From NCBI GenBank assembly GCA_001687465.1, contig LVLI01000282.1, forward strand, positions 1 through 64,000: DNA of 64,000 bases, written 5' to 3'. Below the pieces are notes generated by a model, which searched no databases, was not told where the DNA came from, and worked only from the letters and a program-made list of their open reading frames with translations. A program made the translations under genes and the position numbers. Positions 11,901 to 24,984 of this stretch are shown one piece after another; position 1 is the stretch's first letter; each line of letters opens with the position of its first letter. This stretch comes from Halocafeteria seosinensis. Lineage: Eukaryota.

Positions 11901-12333
11901 CCACGTATGGCATCGGGCATTGGTGACTGGTAGGTGTTGGTCGTCGCCATCTTAGTTGGAAGTCATCAATACCAGATGTTTTGTCTCTCCAGGAAGAAGT
12001 TCCTTCTCTTCCTTACAATTTCATCGGTTGTGACAAACCTTGCGATATTGGCATTCACTGTTGAGCAGCCCTGGTTCGGCGCAGACGTACGTCTCTCCAG
12101 AGTCCTCAGGAGGGAGAAACTCTTTCATTGTTTCTTTGGTGCAGAGTCAAGCAAGCCGCTTTGCAGTGGCCGTCGTAGCGGAACACGTAATCTTTGGCCT
12201 ACGATACGCTGTAGAAGAGAGCATTCCTGATGTTCCATACAACGTTCGCATTCAGCTGCAGAGACAGACATACCTAGTGAGGAAACATATCTACGATGAA
12301 GACGCAAACCCGAAGACCCTCGCCGTGGCATAG
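8945..12333 (+). CDS. Anoctamin/TMEM16-family channel/scramblase, tandem copy 2 (18 exons)
   Basis: Paralogue of copy 1 (PLEAIQNYFGARIAMYYAF, GWENHPTDTAYENSL, EYLDLLLQYGYVTLF..AFPLVP...NLVEIRLDSYKL, EHV...IPDVP). Its 17 introns lie at equivalent positions and phases. Confidence 0.95.
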
Positions 12334-12538
12334 TCTTCAGAGCGTCTGGTGGGTAATTCCAAACGTTCTGGCTGGGTCGCTTGTGTATTCCTCTATTTTC
12401 TAGAGCTTCCCACCCCAAGCGGCTTAGCTTCGCAGAATATCAAGACCAGACATAACAACGTGTTCCATACAATTTACGAGTCAGCCACAGAAAAACACAT
12501 GCATGCATGGTAAGGGGACTGACTACGACAAAAGACTG

Positions 12539-15500
12539 TTAAAGCTGTTGCCGCGGGGTTTCTGCCGCTTCCGCCTCAGCGTCTTCTACAGTTTCTCCAT
12601 TTCGAATAGTCTCCATCATCGACCCCCACTTATCTTGCCAAGAATATAAGGACTCATGAATCCTCTGGATTTTGGTCGACATAGAAGCAACGTAGTGTGA
12701 GAATCCGGCCAGATACTGCTGGGAAACGTGGTCTCGTTCTCCGAACAGTTTTCGAAATATAGAATTATAAAAGGTCACGAGGTGAATGAACACCTGCGGT
12801 TGGTCACCTCTAAGCATGAAATCAAGATGAGGATAAGAAGTCATATCAACGCGCTTCTGCACCCATTCGGGCACCTCCGGAACACTAATGATCTCTAAAG
12901 GGATTGCTGAAGTAGTCCACAACTTTATGCGATAAGCATCCGTTTCAATCTTTGCTCCATCGACGTCCAATCCGGTTATGGATTTTGTACTCTTTGTCAG
13001 CAACTGTGAAGAGGAAGCAGCTTCCGTAACTGTCATGCCTGATAAGGCTTCAAAGAGCTGTTGACTTGCTTCCAGTGTTAGTAATGGCTTCGTTTTCAAA
13101 GACTCATCCGCTACAGTGTTGACATCGTTTTCCAATTCACTTCTCTGTAACCGCTTCTTAAGTCTCCGCATCGACATAGTGCCACCATCCTTTTCATCAT
13201 CCATATTCTTCGAGGCCTCATTAAGATCTTGCGGCAGCGGACACATGAGTACATCTTGGGCAACTGCGACTAAATTGAAAGAAAGGTTCTTGTAGAAAAG
13301 CAATAAATGAGTGAGTAAACCTTCTAAAATCTGGACGTATCCTCCTGCAATAGACCCAACGTGGTCCTCTTGTCTTTGAGCCTCGTTTCTCTGTAGATCG
13401 TCGAGATCATCCTTTCTGTTCTTGTCCGACAGTAAAGGTGTAAGGTACGAAGCATTATCATTTCGAAGGTTTTGAAAGTGTTGGTGTCGCTGGTTTATAT
13501 CCTTCTTGAGACGCTCGATCTCAGTATCGGCAGCCATAGTGGACCTCTTCATGATGTCAAAAACTAGGAGTGGTATTGAATCTGAAAGAAGTTGGTGGAA
13601 CTCCTGAAGCTGCTCGGATAGTTGTCGCCGCATTTGTGTCAAGCTAGTCTCCGCCCTGTTCAACTGTTCCTCAGAAAATTCGTTCATTGAGTCTTCCGCT
13701 CGACCTCCATACGTTTCACCTTCACTCTCCAGAAGCCGCTTTGTGTCTTCCTTACATTTAGATAAAGCATCCTCGATAGCTGGGAGGAATGATACGTGGG
13801 GTACCTGCTCTTCCATATCTTCGGCTTCCCCTTCGGTCGTTGGCGATTGCTCAGCTGCCTCAACCTCTTCCAGCTCCTCTTGGGTTAGCCCCAGTGCTTC
13901 AATCTGCTCTTGACGATTTTTCTCATTCTCGGCCTTATCAACGAAGTTTTCGGCCTTATCAAAAAGACTAGTTAGCCTCTTAAAATCCTCCTGTTTCCAC
14001 AAAAAACTCATGAATGCGGAACTCTCAGCGGCCGCCAGCTTATCACTTGACCCTGATTGGGGTCGCTTTGTACCACCCTTAGCCGGTTTTGTCTTAGAGG
14101 CTTTCTTCTTGTCTTTTCCGGATGATGGCCGTGCAGAAGTGTCTTCGTCCTCACCACCACCACTAACTGGTTTTGGAGAGACATCATGTCGTACGGGAGG
14201 CCTTTTGGGATCAAACCTTCTACAGTCCTTTTTCAAATAGTCCAAATATCTGCACCGATCAATGAATGCTTTACAAAGCCAGCGTATTACACATCGCATC
14301 CTGACAGCGAGTGGTGCGTGAAAAATCAGGTAGCCAATGTCAGTCTTTCGGTTGGACAGTATTCGCTTGGCAAGGTCTGTTTGCATACTCTCTCCCGAGT
14401 CGTGTAGGTACGCCATGCACTCGATAGCAGCTTCGTGTTGTATAGCAGATTTCGTTACAGCATTATAGTCCTCCAGCGAAGAAATCTCGGGCATGTATGT
14501 AGGGCGAGCATCCCATTTGTGTTCCCATGCATGGCTACGATCGTGGAACTCTACCTCTACAACGAATTTCTCGGACTCGGCGGAAATTCCCGGTTCCACC
14601 TTACAGGGATTATCCCCTGCCTTGTAGGTTGACAACTCTCGCAGCTCTTGTAGTCTTCTCTGAATGTTATATGCATCTCGTTCACTCTTAGTATATTGCG
14701 AACGAATTTGCTCGAGGGCTTGACGCCGAGGCTTCCCGAACCTCTGCCCTAAACCTTGTTCGAGTTGTAACTGCCTCAATTTCTGCTCAAACGACTTTAC
14801 GAAGTTCTCGAAGTCGTTTTGGACCTCTTCCATGTCCGCATTCCATTTTTCCTTCTCAGACGAAAGCTCTTGTTTCATCGACGAGACCTGCAACGATGTT
14901 GCATTGAGATGGTGCTTCTATGTGGCGCAGCGATAGTCCCATTAGTACTCACTGTTTCATTGAGTTTAGCAATTTCAGCCCGAACTTGCTCCAATTCTTC
15001 ATCTCCGAAGTCCCCACCGTGACTGGAATCACAAACAAGTATATCAGATCATTGGCAGGAAATGCCAGTAGGCTTTTACTCAAACTTACCTAAAGGAGAC
15101 GCAGGATCGTAAAAATTCGTTGTTCAGAGTGGTCAGCTTGGAACTCTCGTCGTTGATAAGCTTTTCAGCTTTCCTGCTAAGGCTACCAGACCCCGACCAA
15201 TATCGAGACACTTCTTTCTTTTGCTCCTCCTGGACCAGCTGTAGCTTAGCTACGGAAGTTTCTCGTTCCACTTCTTTAACATGTACCCTTGTTTGTTTCT
15301 TGGCGTTGGATATCAGTTTTGGCACTTCATTGCGCAACTCATCCCATTTTTTGTATGCAGTTTGATGCTTTGCGTGAAATTGCATACAGTGACGCTCCAG
15401 TTGCTTTGAATGAGAAAGCAACTCGTATTCTCTTGGCTGACGAAGCTGAGTTTCGATGACACCAACGCGTGGTTGCAATAACCTCGTTTGTTCATCCAGC

Positions 15501-18500
15501 TCTTCGGTGTACGCATCGAGCCTAGAATTAGTCTTCCGCTCGGAAAGGTTGTCCCTGTATAAATAGTGACGTTTGTTCCCCACCTAAACATGAGTCAGGC
15601 ACAATGAAAGGACGTACTGTTCCTTGCCAAACTTGTCAAACTCCGTTAGTAACGTCGATCGGAATTGAATGAAGCGGGCATGCACATAGCTCGGTTCTAC
15701 CCTCAAATCTTCGACACAGCTGCCAAGGACAGTATATATATATATATGGTATATATAAATATTTGACGCAATGATGCCTTGCAGCAGCTAACTATAAGCA
15801 ACTTACGGATTTCCTGAACAATCCAAAGGAATACCATATTCGTTTTCTATGCCGTGGCTGTACGGGGCAAGCCTTCTTTCGAAATGCTGATCGTTTTCAA
15901 TTAAAGACCTTGATAGCTGATCCTCCGCCTCCATTTGACGACGTTCTTCCGTTAACAGCTCTTCGGACGGACCTACATCTGCAGTTTCCTTCTTTTTGGA
16001 TTTTGGAGCTCCTTTCTTAGATTTTTTTGAGTCCTTCTCCTGCGGCACTTCTCTAGATTTGTAAAACTCCTCCAACCGGTTAGAAGCTCTCTCTTCCTTC
16101 TCGCGCCTACGGGAGGCGGCCTGCTCCTGTAAACTTCGACCTTTTGAGTACCAACTATAGCTAAGCAGACTTCCCAGGAACTTTTCATCCAGTTGCAGTA
16201 AGCTGTACATCGCTCAATAATTTTGCAAGATACACGCGGTACATGAAACAAATAATTCCGGTTCGACGTACCTGAAGACACTTCTTGGATGGTATCGTTT
16301 AGTCCAGATCACGTTATCCGGCACGTCTTTGCCTCGTAATTGCCCATACGGAGGATATGGCGAAGTTTTGCATGTAACAAAGAGGATGCTTTGCAGCGAA
16401 CTATCTACAGGATCTATACTGAATCTCTTTAAACCTTCAGGGACTTTAAGTTTACCAATCTCGCGTAATTCCTCGTCAACAGTGACTGTATCAAACATTT
16501 CACCCTCTTTATCCAACTTCTTTCGGAGGTAGTAATAACGCACTTTGTGCTTTTCAGTATCACCCAATTCGTTGAACCTGTCCCTGCATTTGGCGATTCT
16601 TGTACCGCCTTCTTCTATTTCGTTTACCACCACAGTGTCAACTTCTATGCCCGGGACCAACATCTTGTCAACATCTCCTTCGTCTATATCAGAACCCGCT
16701 GCTATTTCCATTGCTTCGATTTCATCAGGTCCTTTCTCTAGCAAATTAATCACTTCGTGGACTGCTTCTCTTTCGACTAATCGGCGCAATTCTTCTTCCG
16801 AAGGCGCCCCCCTTTCTGTGTAGCCCTCGGGATCAGAGCCGTAGATTTCAAACTGGTGAGTTAGAAGGTCTTTATAGCCGTTTATAGCCTCGCCAATGCG
16901 TTTGGGAAGCTCTCCACTAACAGTATGCAGAGTATCATGACGCTCTCTCAGCTTTCCTTGGATACGATTTATCATCTCTTTAGTCTGTTAGGACAAATAA
17001 ATATCAACGCAAAGTCTGACTTCTAAGCCTCATGCCAATCACGCACCTCGTCCGCGTTCTCCTGTAGCTCAGCCAGAGAATTCGCCTGTCTGATCTTTTT
17101 GCACCAATTGTCATACTCCTTCTCTAGCGAGTTGAGTCTGAGCAAACAAAAACATGACGCCGACAGTATACTACTCTCACCTATTTCTTGGCATATAAGG
17201 CACCTACTCTTTCATATAGCACTTCCGAGCACGAAAGATGCTCTTATCAAAAAATTCCACCGTGGCCCTTAGAGCTTTCTCGTAAAGATTGAACCCCTCA
17301 ACGACCTGAATTGCAGCGTCAAAGGACCAAGTGTTACGCCCTAAACCAGCATCATTTTAGAAATTGGACGTACATTCTGTGCGAACGTGCATATACTTTG
17401 ACTATTCCTGGAGAGTGCTTTCGTTTGCTCCCAGATGGAATAACGGACTCGTCTGTGCACAGGAGTTAACAGCAATCAGGATAATACAAACAGGCCGAAT
17501 TTAACATTTCGGTAATTAGTTAAGAGGAACGCACTCAATGAATTCTTGAGATTCTTCATCTCGTGCATTCACAAACGGTTGCACCTCTCGCTCCATTACA
17601 TCATCCACGCGCTGTATTAATAGTCGTAAGTGAATATATACTCACAATGTAGACACAAAAGCTCTTACCTGATTCGCCGTATTCTGCAGCGTGGTTTTTT
17701 CTTGCAAAACTGTCAGCGCAGACTTTAACTCTTCAGGGAGCTCATGAGACCACAAAAGCATTGCAAATCGCCGCTGGGCAGATCGAATCTCTTCCATAGG
17801 CAGTTTCGACGCAAATGCCCTGCTGCCCCCACTGGTGGATGTGTCCTCTTTCTTTACTTCAGAGCCTGAATTACAACTAAATAATGGATGCCACAAACGA
17901 TCAAGCGCCTCTACAACTAAGACACCTACTTCCTTCAGAGCGCGGAGTAACCTCCGGTCCGCTGCGGGACGTATCGGTATCGTCTGCAAACAACCAACAC
18001 AATGCTGAGCTACATCGTAGAAAATACAATTCTTGACAAGGACTTACCCTGACTTTCTCCGATTTGCTCCAATAAGCTTTGGACGGAATGCGACAGCTCT
18101 TCAACAGCAGCGCGCAATTCCTCGGACAGCTCAGTAATACCACTAATGCGAGAGACCTGTTTTCCCATCTTTTTCAGAAGATTGGGTATCTTCGTTCTTG
18201 AGGCAGTCCTCATAGTTCTCAGTAAGTCACCCGCATTTTTTAGATATGTTTCTTTTCCCTGCAAACGCCAGGATGATACCAACGAATGGTCCTCATCTAT
18301 TTTGCTTCTGTGACTTACACTCTTTTCTAAGCCCTCTTTCAAAGCAAACGAATTGCACACTAAGCTCAGCCCATTTCGCACCGAAGTGAGATGTTCCATA
18401 TAGAACCGGTCATTGCATGTGCAAACTTTCAGGATGCGATTCAATGTAGGTTTTAGTTCTCCAGCCTCCCGGAAGAGCTCCGTAAGTTCACCACCTGTAG

Positions 18501-20676
18501 GACAAAACACATCGGGTCAATTGCTAGCGTGCAAATTTCGTGTAGACACGTACCCTCAATATACTCCCGCAATGTCTCACAAGGCTGATTCATATCGATA
18601 GGCGGGTGCAGAGACCCAATTCTATGAAGCTCTATGCGCAGTTCCTCTACTTCGTTCCCGATACGTGATAGAAGTCCTCGATGTGCATGACTAAGATCAG
18701 ACAATGCACTCGAGCATTGCTTTAACACACGCGAGTCACTGTTCTTCAGTTTCTCAGCGATAGTCGTTATTTCCTCTTCATCTCGATTTGTACACGCTAG
18801 CTCTAATACTTCCTGGAAGAATGAACTACAATGTAAAATATGAGGCGTCAAGACAACGTATTTCCACTTCCCAATACTTACTACGAGAAAGGGGATGCGA
18901 TAGTACCAGTGTGCGCGCTGTTGCTCCTCGCGGATATGAGCCAAAATGCCGGGCTGTTCGGAAGGGCTGGTATACGCTTCCGTCAGGAGCGCCGATTTAA
19001 ATTTCTGCGAGGGTGCAAAACAGACAAACCTCATGTAATCAAAGTCCGAAGCTGCTGAAATCGTCTGAAGAGTTACCTCAAGTTCATTCCTGTGATGTAT
19101 ATCCCGCCATTGCTGCGTTATTACGTCCCGTCGTTTCTGGACCTCTGACCGCCGTAGAGTGGCCTCCTTCCGTAATCTTGCGATAGCCTCCGCAGAGCGT
19201 TTCCGGTTTTCCAGGATCAAGCAGTTAATATTATAACTCTCGTCTGTCTCGCCCGGATGCAACTACGCGATTATCGCAGTGGTATATGCACTCACACAGC
19301 TGGACATACCTTCTACGTATCTCTCAAAAGATACCGGTAGGTCATAAGAAATTTCAAACACAGTAGAGACGAGATTGCGAAGTTTTTCTCCAAGTTCATC
19401 CGCGCGTTGATTTTCGAGATTATCCAAGAATTGTTCGAGTCGGGAGATCTGGAAATGAAATGGTATGGTTCTTTATGAAGGGAGCAGACGCTGGGACTGT
19501 GCTACGCAGACATACCTCTCCGTCTTCTTTCTCGTGAAAGTCATCAACCTCTCTGAACTTATCACCCAAGTCGTTCTCCATTAAAGAAAGCAGTAACTGT
19601 GGTATTTTAAACGTAAGCATCAATATCAGAAGGAATTGGCTAAACATCGTGCCTACTAATTCTCACCTCATGATTTCCCTGCAGAGTATCTAAGAGATGA
19701 TAGAGTTCGTTCGTTATTTCGTTCAGACGCTTCCTTGACTGTCTGCTCTCGGTTTCGACCTGTTCTTCGGCCCAAGCGAAGAAGGCTTTCCTCTGACGTT
19801 CCCAGTCCGCTACAGCTTGATCATGCCGATGCCTTCGCTGTTGACTGCGAATCCATAGAATTAAGCAGTACAAAGCGTTGAATTATAAAGAGGGGATTGT
19901 GCGCTCGAGAGTTACGTACTACATGCTCTGTAGTTCATCCGATAGGGGCTTGGCAGCGGTGTCCCACCGTTTTGCCTGACGAAGAAAATAAAAAATAAAA
20001 TAAAAAATAGTAACCCCGGTTTAAACGCGAATGCTGCTTTGAAACGATTCGCGCTTTACGTACTTGTTTGAGAGAGCGCACCATGTAGGTCTCATCTCTT
20101 TCCTGGGCCTTGGTTTCATCCTGATCCTTTGGAACCCGTAGCTTTTTCCACGACCTGACATGGACTAGGAAGTAAATACGTGGTACAAACCAAGCCCCAA
20201 GCCACATACACACAGAGAGGGAGGTCGATTCTTTACATCACTTCACGTACCTGGGCGAAATATCGTTGCCGTCGGCATCTTTGGGATAGTTCGTCTGTGT
20301 GAGTTGCTGTTTGCCAGAGGTGAAGTATTTCCGTGGATGGCGCAATGAGACGATCAGTTTCGATTCGGCTGCCGCTTGGGCGTTCAAGGGATCTGCATTC
20401 GTGCCGTCAAGTTAAACAGTCACATGTGACGGAAATGCACAAACTTCGAGGTATGCATGGACTGTCTGACTTACCTTGATGAGGCAGCTCCTCCCCGTAG
20501 AGTCGAGACAGGGAAGACTCATTTTCCTTTCGATCCTGCAAGAACAACTCGTCACACCATAGTTCAGTCACAGTAGACGGCATGTGAGCGTGAAATGGGC
20601 ACTGGAATGTCCTTTTACATCATCATACCTCCATCGGAAAGCCATCGTCTGCATCAGAGGACTCGGAAGCCGCCAT
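12539..20676 (-). CDS. CCDC180: CCDC180-like large coiled-coil flagellar protein (multi-exon)
   Basis: Start MAASESSDADDGFPME at 20676, then many short GT-AG introns and a long terminal exon. Motifs EELDEQTRLLQPRVGVIE...R..EL..H...LERH and EQGLGQRFGKPRRQALEQIRSQ match my recollection of CCDC180 (DUF4455/DUF4456) proteins. Confidence 0.75.
15733..15757. repeat. (TA)n microsatellite inside a CCDC180 intron
   Basis: tatatatatatatat-gg-tatatata. Confidence 0.8.
19985..20009. repeat. (A4-6 T)n low-complexity tract forming the polypyrimidine tract of a minus-strand intron
   Basis: aaaataaaaaataaaataaaaaata, immediately before the acceptor (...cttcgtcag on minus). Confidence 0.7.
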
Positions 20677-21127
20677 TTTATCCACTATTTAGCAAGCTAT
20701 CCGCTCATTCCAAGCTTTTGAACTGTTCGCATACTATCATAGGGATGATAATATCATCATGATATGAATGACGTTCCATCAGTCAATGCACTGTTAACGA
20801 GGTGAATACCGCGAAAAAGGGCTTTGTGAAGATCAGCTCGCATTAACGGTCAACCGAGTTGGTCGCACTGACGAAGTGTTTCGACTGGTTGGAAATGTTT
20901 GTAAGGTATTTGGACATGAAGAAAAAAGAATGAGATGATAAAGACTACCGGAGCATATCTATGCCGACGTGCCTAGACTTTGAGTGTGCATTGTAGACAG
21001 TATAGGATACCCACCAGTACCACGTAGTTCAACCATATGACCAGTTCCACTCATATCTTAAAGTTAATGTAAAACCAACCACCCAGTTTCAAAAAACAAG
21101 TAGATCATAACGCACCAGACACTACAA

Positions 21128-22825
21128 TCACAGATCTTCACGGGATTCAGTCTCCGCTGCATCGTCTGCTTTGTCATTCGAAGTCTCATCGGAGGAAGAC
21201 TCTGACTCATCCGAAGCACTCTGGTCTTCAGTAGTCGTTTCATTCTTCAGGCGTCTGACGACCTCTTCCTTTTTATCAGCTGCTAGCTGACGATAGTAAC
21301 GCCTCTTTTCAGAGGCCCTAGCTTCTGCGTCTGCCTTCTGTTCAGACAGCTTTTCCTCTATGCGACTACGCTCCTCCTTCGCTTCCCGGTCAACCTCACT
21401 TATGTTCGCACGGAGTTCCTTATCGATCTCCGTCTGTTCGAGTTCAATTTGCTTCTGCATTCTATCTTTTTCCTCCTTTGCTTTGTTTTCTTCCTCCTTG
21501 GTGAGTGATGCCTCCGTTGTATCACCATTGGGCTTGTCCGCAGCTGAAGCAGCAGTGTCAGGTTCTTTTTCTTCCTCAGGCTCGTCCTTCTTGGTCTGAT
21601 TGGCCTGCTCTCGCTCAAAGTCACGCATGGAAGATTCATATTGAGCTTTCATATCCCACCAGACGTGCATATTGCCTGGTTTTGAGTTACTTTTCAGGAG
21701 GCGAGGCCATGGAGAAGTAGTTTGCTTCTTGAGCGTAAACATTGCCCTGCCGACGCTAGCCATGCTCCATGTGGATGACTGGTATATTCAACAAGTAGAC
21801 TAAGTAACGCAACCCCATGAGCACGTTAGCAATAGTTTGAACATACCTCATTGTCAAGTGCATCGTATAGATTCAAATCCAGGGAGAATATCTTCCTTTT
21901 CTCCTTACACTTGGCTTCGTATGTGAACTTGCGATTGCGGATTACCATTTTTTCAGTTTCACAACCTGCAGTCCACGCCCCGAAGAAAAGCGTAGAGACT
22001 TCAGTTAAAATACTCATTAGCATCAAGATCCCATGTCGTTTACTCCTACCTAGTGTTGAAGGGGTATCAAACTTGTGTGCGAATTTCACGTTAAGAAATA
22101 TATCCTCAGGGCTCTGCATAGAACAATGAGATATCCTACTGTCACCAATCCATGCAAAACATGTACACTTACTTGCGCCCACTGAAACGCAGGTGCGATT
22201 CTGCAAAGGGTAAAGATATAACTTAGCACGGTATCGACACGTGTCTGTCACCGACCTGTTGATAGACGTACCTCGGAATTGATCGCTTGGTGAGAGCATC
22301 CGCCAGAGCGGATAACCTCTTTCTTATGACAGAAATCGACTGAAAGACGGCAGAGGATAGCTCGATGCCTTGGGATCTGTATAATGCTACTAACTGTTCG
22401 GCAGCGGTGTACATGCCTCGCTCGACCAAATCCTGCACTTGTCGCCGTCCCAGTTTGCTGGATAGCAATTCGCTCACTTTTTCGCGCTCCTTCTCATCCT
22501 TTTCATCATTACTAACTATTGCATCTACTTCCTCTATAACATCTAATACGTCCGATTCGTCCGTCAAACCCTTTAAATTCCTCCATTTCGAGTAGAGTGA
22601 GTTGTCTTCTTCCTCCTCTTGCTGCTTCTCTCGCTTTCTATTGCCCTTCCCGACCATCATTTCGTCCTTTTGCGTTTGTGGATCATTGTTTGTCACGACA
22701 TGAGCTTGAGCTGGTGCGCTATTAAGAGCGATACTGACCAGAAATAGCGCAATACACAGCACAGACACGCGCCAAGAGCTTCGGAGCCGTCCCCGATACA
22801 AGGTATTTCCCACTCGCTTCGACAT
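21128..22825 (-). CDS. CS/p23-domain protein with N-terminal signal sequence and C-terminal REDL (5 exons)
   Basis: Spliced product reads ...IPRIAPAFQWAQSPEDIFLNVKFAHKFDTP..GCE...FSLDLNLYD...GRAMFTLKK...WPRLLK...HVWWDM, a p23/CS-domain signature (P.f.WAQ, WPRL, WW). It has a hydrophobic N-terminus VSVLCIALFLVSIALNSAPAQA and ends in ...SREDL*. Confidence 0.8.
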
Positions 22826-23250
22826 TATCCTACGCCAAAGATAGTACGCGCGACACCTCTACTGACCTCCCTACCTACCTATCCACTAAAATCTGAACAA
22901 CACACCATCTATACACTGCTAAATGGCTTCCAAACCTCAGAAATGTTCCAGAACTTTTCCCAACCTGTCTATCTTTTCGTTCAGTTTCAGCCGAGCCTGT
23001 CATTCTTTTGTTTCAGTCAGTTTGGAAGGAAGTTTTCTTGACTCACGGCAAGAATCGCAGCACAATTGCACGTTTTTCGAATGTTTCGTCGGTTCGCACG
23101 GTGCCCATATATGTGAAGACAAGACTCTCAGTGTCCCCGTTGGTTTATTTGCTTGTTTCAGTTTTTCCGTGGAATTGGAGTTGGTGGGTGGTGTGACAAT
23201 TCCAACCAGCCAGACGCTCCTCCGTCCGCAAAACAAATACAAACAAAAGA

Positions 23251-24984
23251 ATGAGTGACGGCTCCGTGGAGGACTCCATGCCTTTTCACGGCGAGCACAG
23301 TGGCGCGAAAGTGCATGCGCGCGAAATAGGACAAACAATCGCGTCGTCCGTTGGAGTGGCGTCGATGTTGGGGGCTTCCGTCATCATTGGAGCGTACCTG
23401 AAAACCTCGTGGGGCGCGTGGAGAGTGCCTGGAAGGAAAACTACATTAGAACAGGTAAATGGAGAATGACCGGCGCTTGTCATCCTGGTTGCCCGATGAA
23501 CACCTTATTCTGGAATGGTGCAGAAAGTGAAAGCTCTAGCGGAGGGATACATGCTCCAGCTCTTCTGGCTATCGGTATCCGACTGGTTCAGTGGGCTGGC
23601 GTTCGGAATTTCACGTTTTACGATTCCACCCGATTTTGAGACCGTCAATACCGCCTGCCGAGTTCAGACAGTGAGTATAGGTAAGTCCTCTGATCTTCCG
23701 TGGCAAAGCCCCGAAGGGATACTGTTAACGCCAAACCGTTCGATAAAGCTGCAGCCTACTTCCCGTTGTGCTCTGTCTTCTGGTATGTGCTCCTTGTCTA
23801 TCTCGGATGGAAAGTTTGTTGATAATAAATGTTAACGACATCGTCGCGCTGTGTTCCCTTCTTCCCAGGACGGCAATTCTAGCATTTGAACTTCATCGGG
23901 TATGTGGTTTCTCATCATGCATCTCCTGGTGTTGTGAAAAATACGAGGTGCTCTTTGGACGCATGCAGTTTGTGGTATACCCCCATTGGGACTTGTACGC
24001 TTAAATTTTTTTGTTACCATTCTACCCGAGAATGCCTCAGGATTACTTCTTGCGATGCTTTATGCAGAGACGGGACGTTTTCTAGAAGGCGATATGGGTG
24101 GTATCACGTATTAGGATGGGGCGTACCGGCAATACTTACAGCCGTTGTTTTCGTGTTGATGAAGCCTAAAAATGCTGGTAAGCGAGAAGTGTTGTCGGGT
24201 CACTCTTAGCCAGGCTACTTATTGGACGGAATCAACGACAGGGATTTGGTGCTGGTTTAACGAGCCGAGTGGTATTCACGCAACCTTTTACGCCATATAT
24301 CTAGTGGCCACGCTTACTTGGGGATCAATTGTAGCACTGTACATACATATGGTGGTAAGAGAGTTAATTCTTGGGAAAGCTGACGGGGAAGTCCTCGGAC
24401 CAGCACAATTTTTGCCATTCTTCTCGGCAGGTCGAAGTTTGCCGGGTCGTTCGGAGGGAGAACAGAAAGATATCCAATCATGTCAAGAGCATATTTTTAG
24501 CTCTCGTTTTATACCCCTTAGTATTTTTAGTAGTGTTCGTTTTCCAGTTTCTAAACCGCACCGGTATTGGAACTACTGGATGTACGTAGTCCTAGCTTGA
24601 ATTGGCAGAGAGCCGTTTTGATGCTCCCTTCGCTTGTATGCAGATGATCGAATGTTCTCGTCTAAGTTCTTTGCTTATGCCACTGCTGCTACTGCCCCCG
24701 CACAGGGTTTCTTGAATGCCTTAGTCTACGTAACAACGAGCAGAAAGGTCCGGAACTTAATCTGTCCCAGAAGACGTGATAAAGAGACACAAATACAAGA
24801 CCGATTGATAAGTGCCTCGAAGGACGGTGACGATGCATCCCGCAGGTCCCAGTCTGCTATTGTCTTATATAGCGCTGAAGACTTGGCCGAGGAGCAAACT
24901 GGAAGCACGAGTTCGACCAGCGCTGATGACTCCGGCGATGTTGCGTCCACCGAACTACCCGCAGAATATCGAGAGGCTTGCTGA
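23251..24984 (+). CDS. GCR1/cAMP-receptor-like 7TM GPCR (9 exons)
   Basis: Motifs SMLGASVIIGAY, LFWLSVSDW, CRVQ, SVFWTAILAF, YHVLGWGVP, GIWCWF, LYPLVF and QGFLNALVY are typical of the Dictyostelium cAR/plant GCR1 class. I traced 8 GT-AG introns. Confidence 0.85.

Noticed and set aside
19915..19925. Apparent in-frame TAG stops at exon ends (also ~51262 in the aminopeptidase), suggesting stop-codon reassignment
   Set aside because: They are TA|gt exon-intron junctions; splicing restores TAT/TAC Tyr codons, and TAA, TAG and TGA all terminate genes normally.
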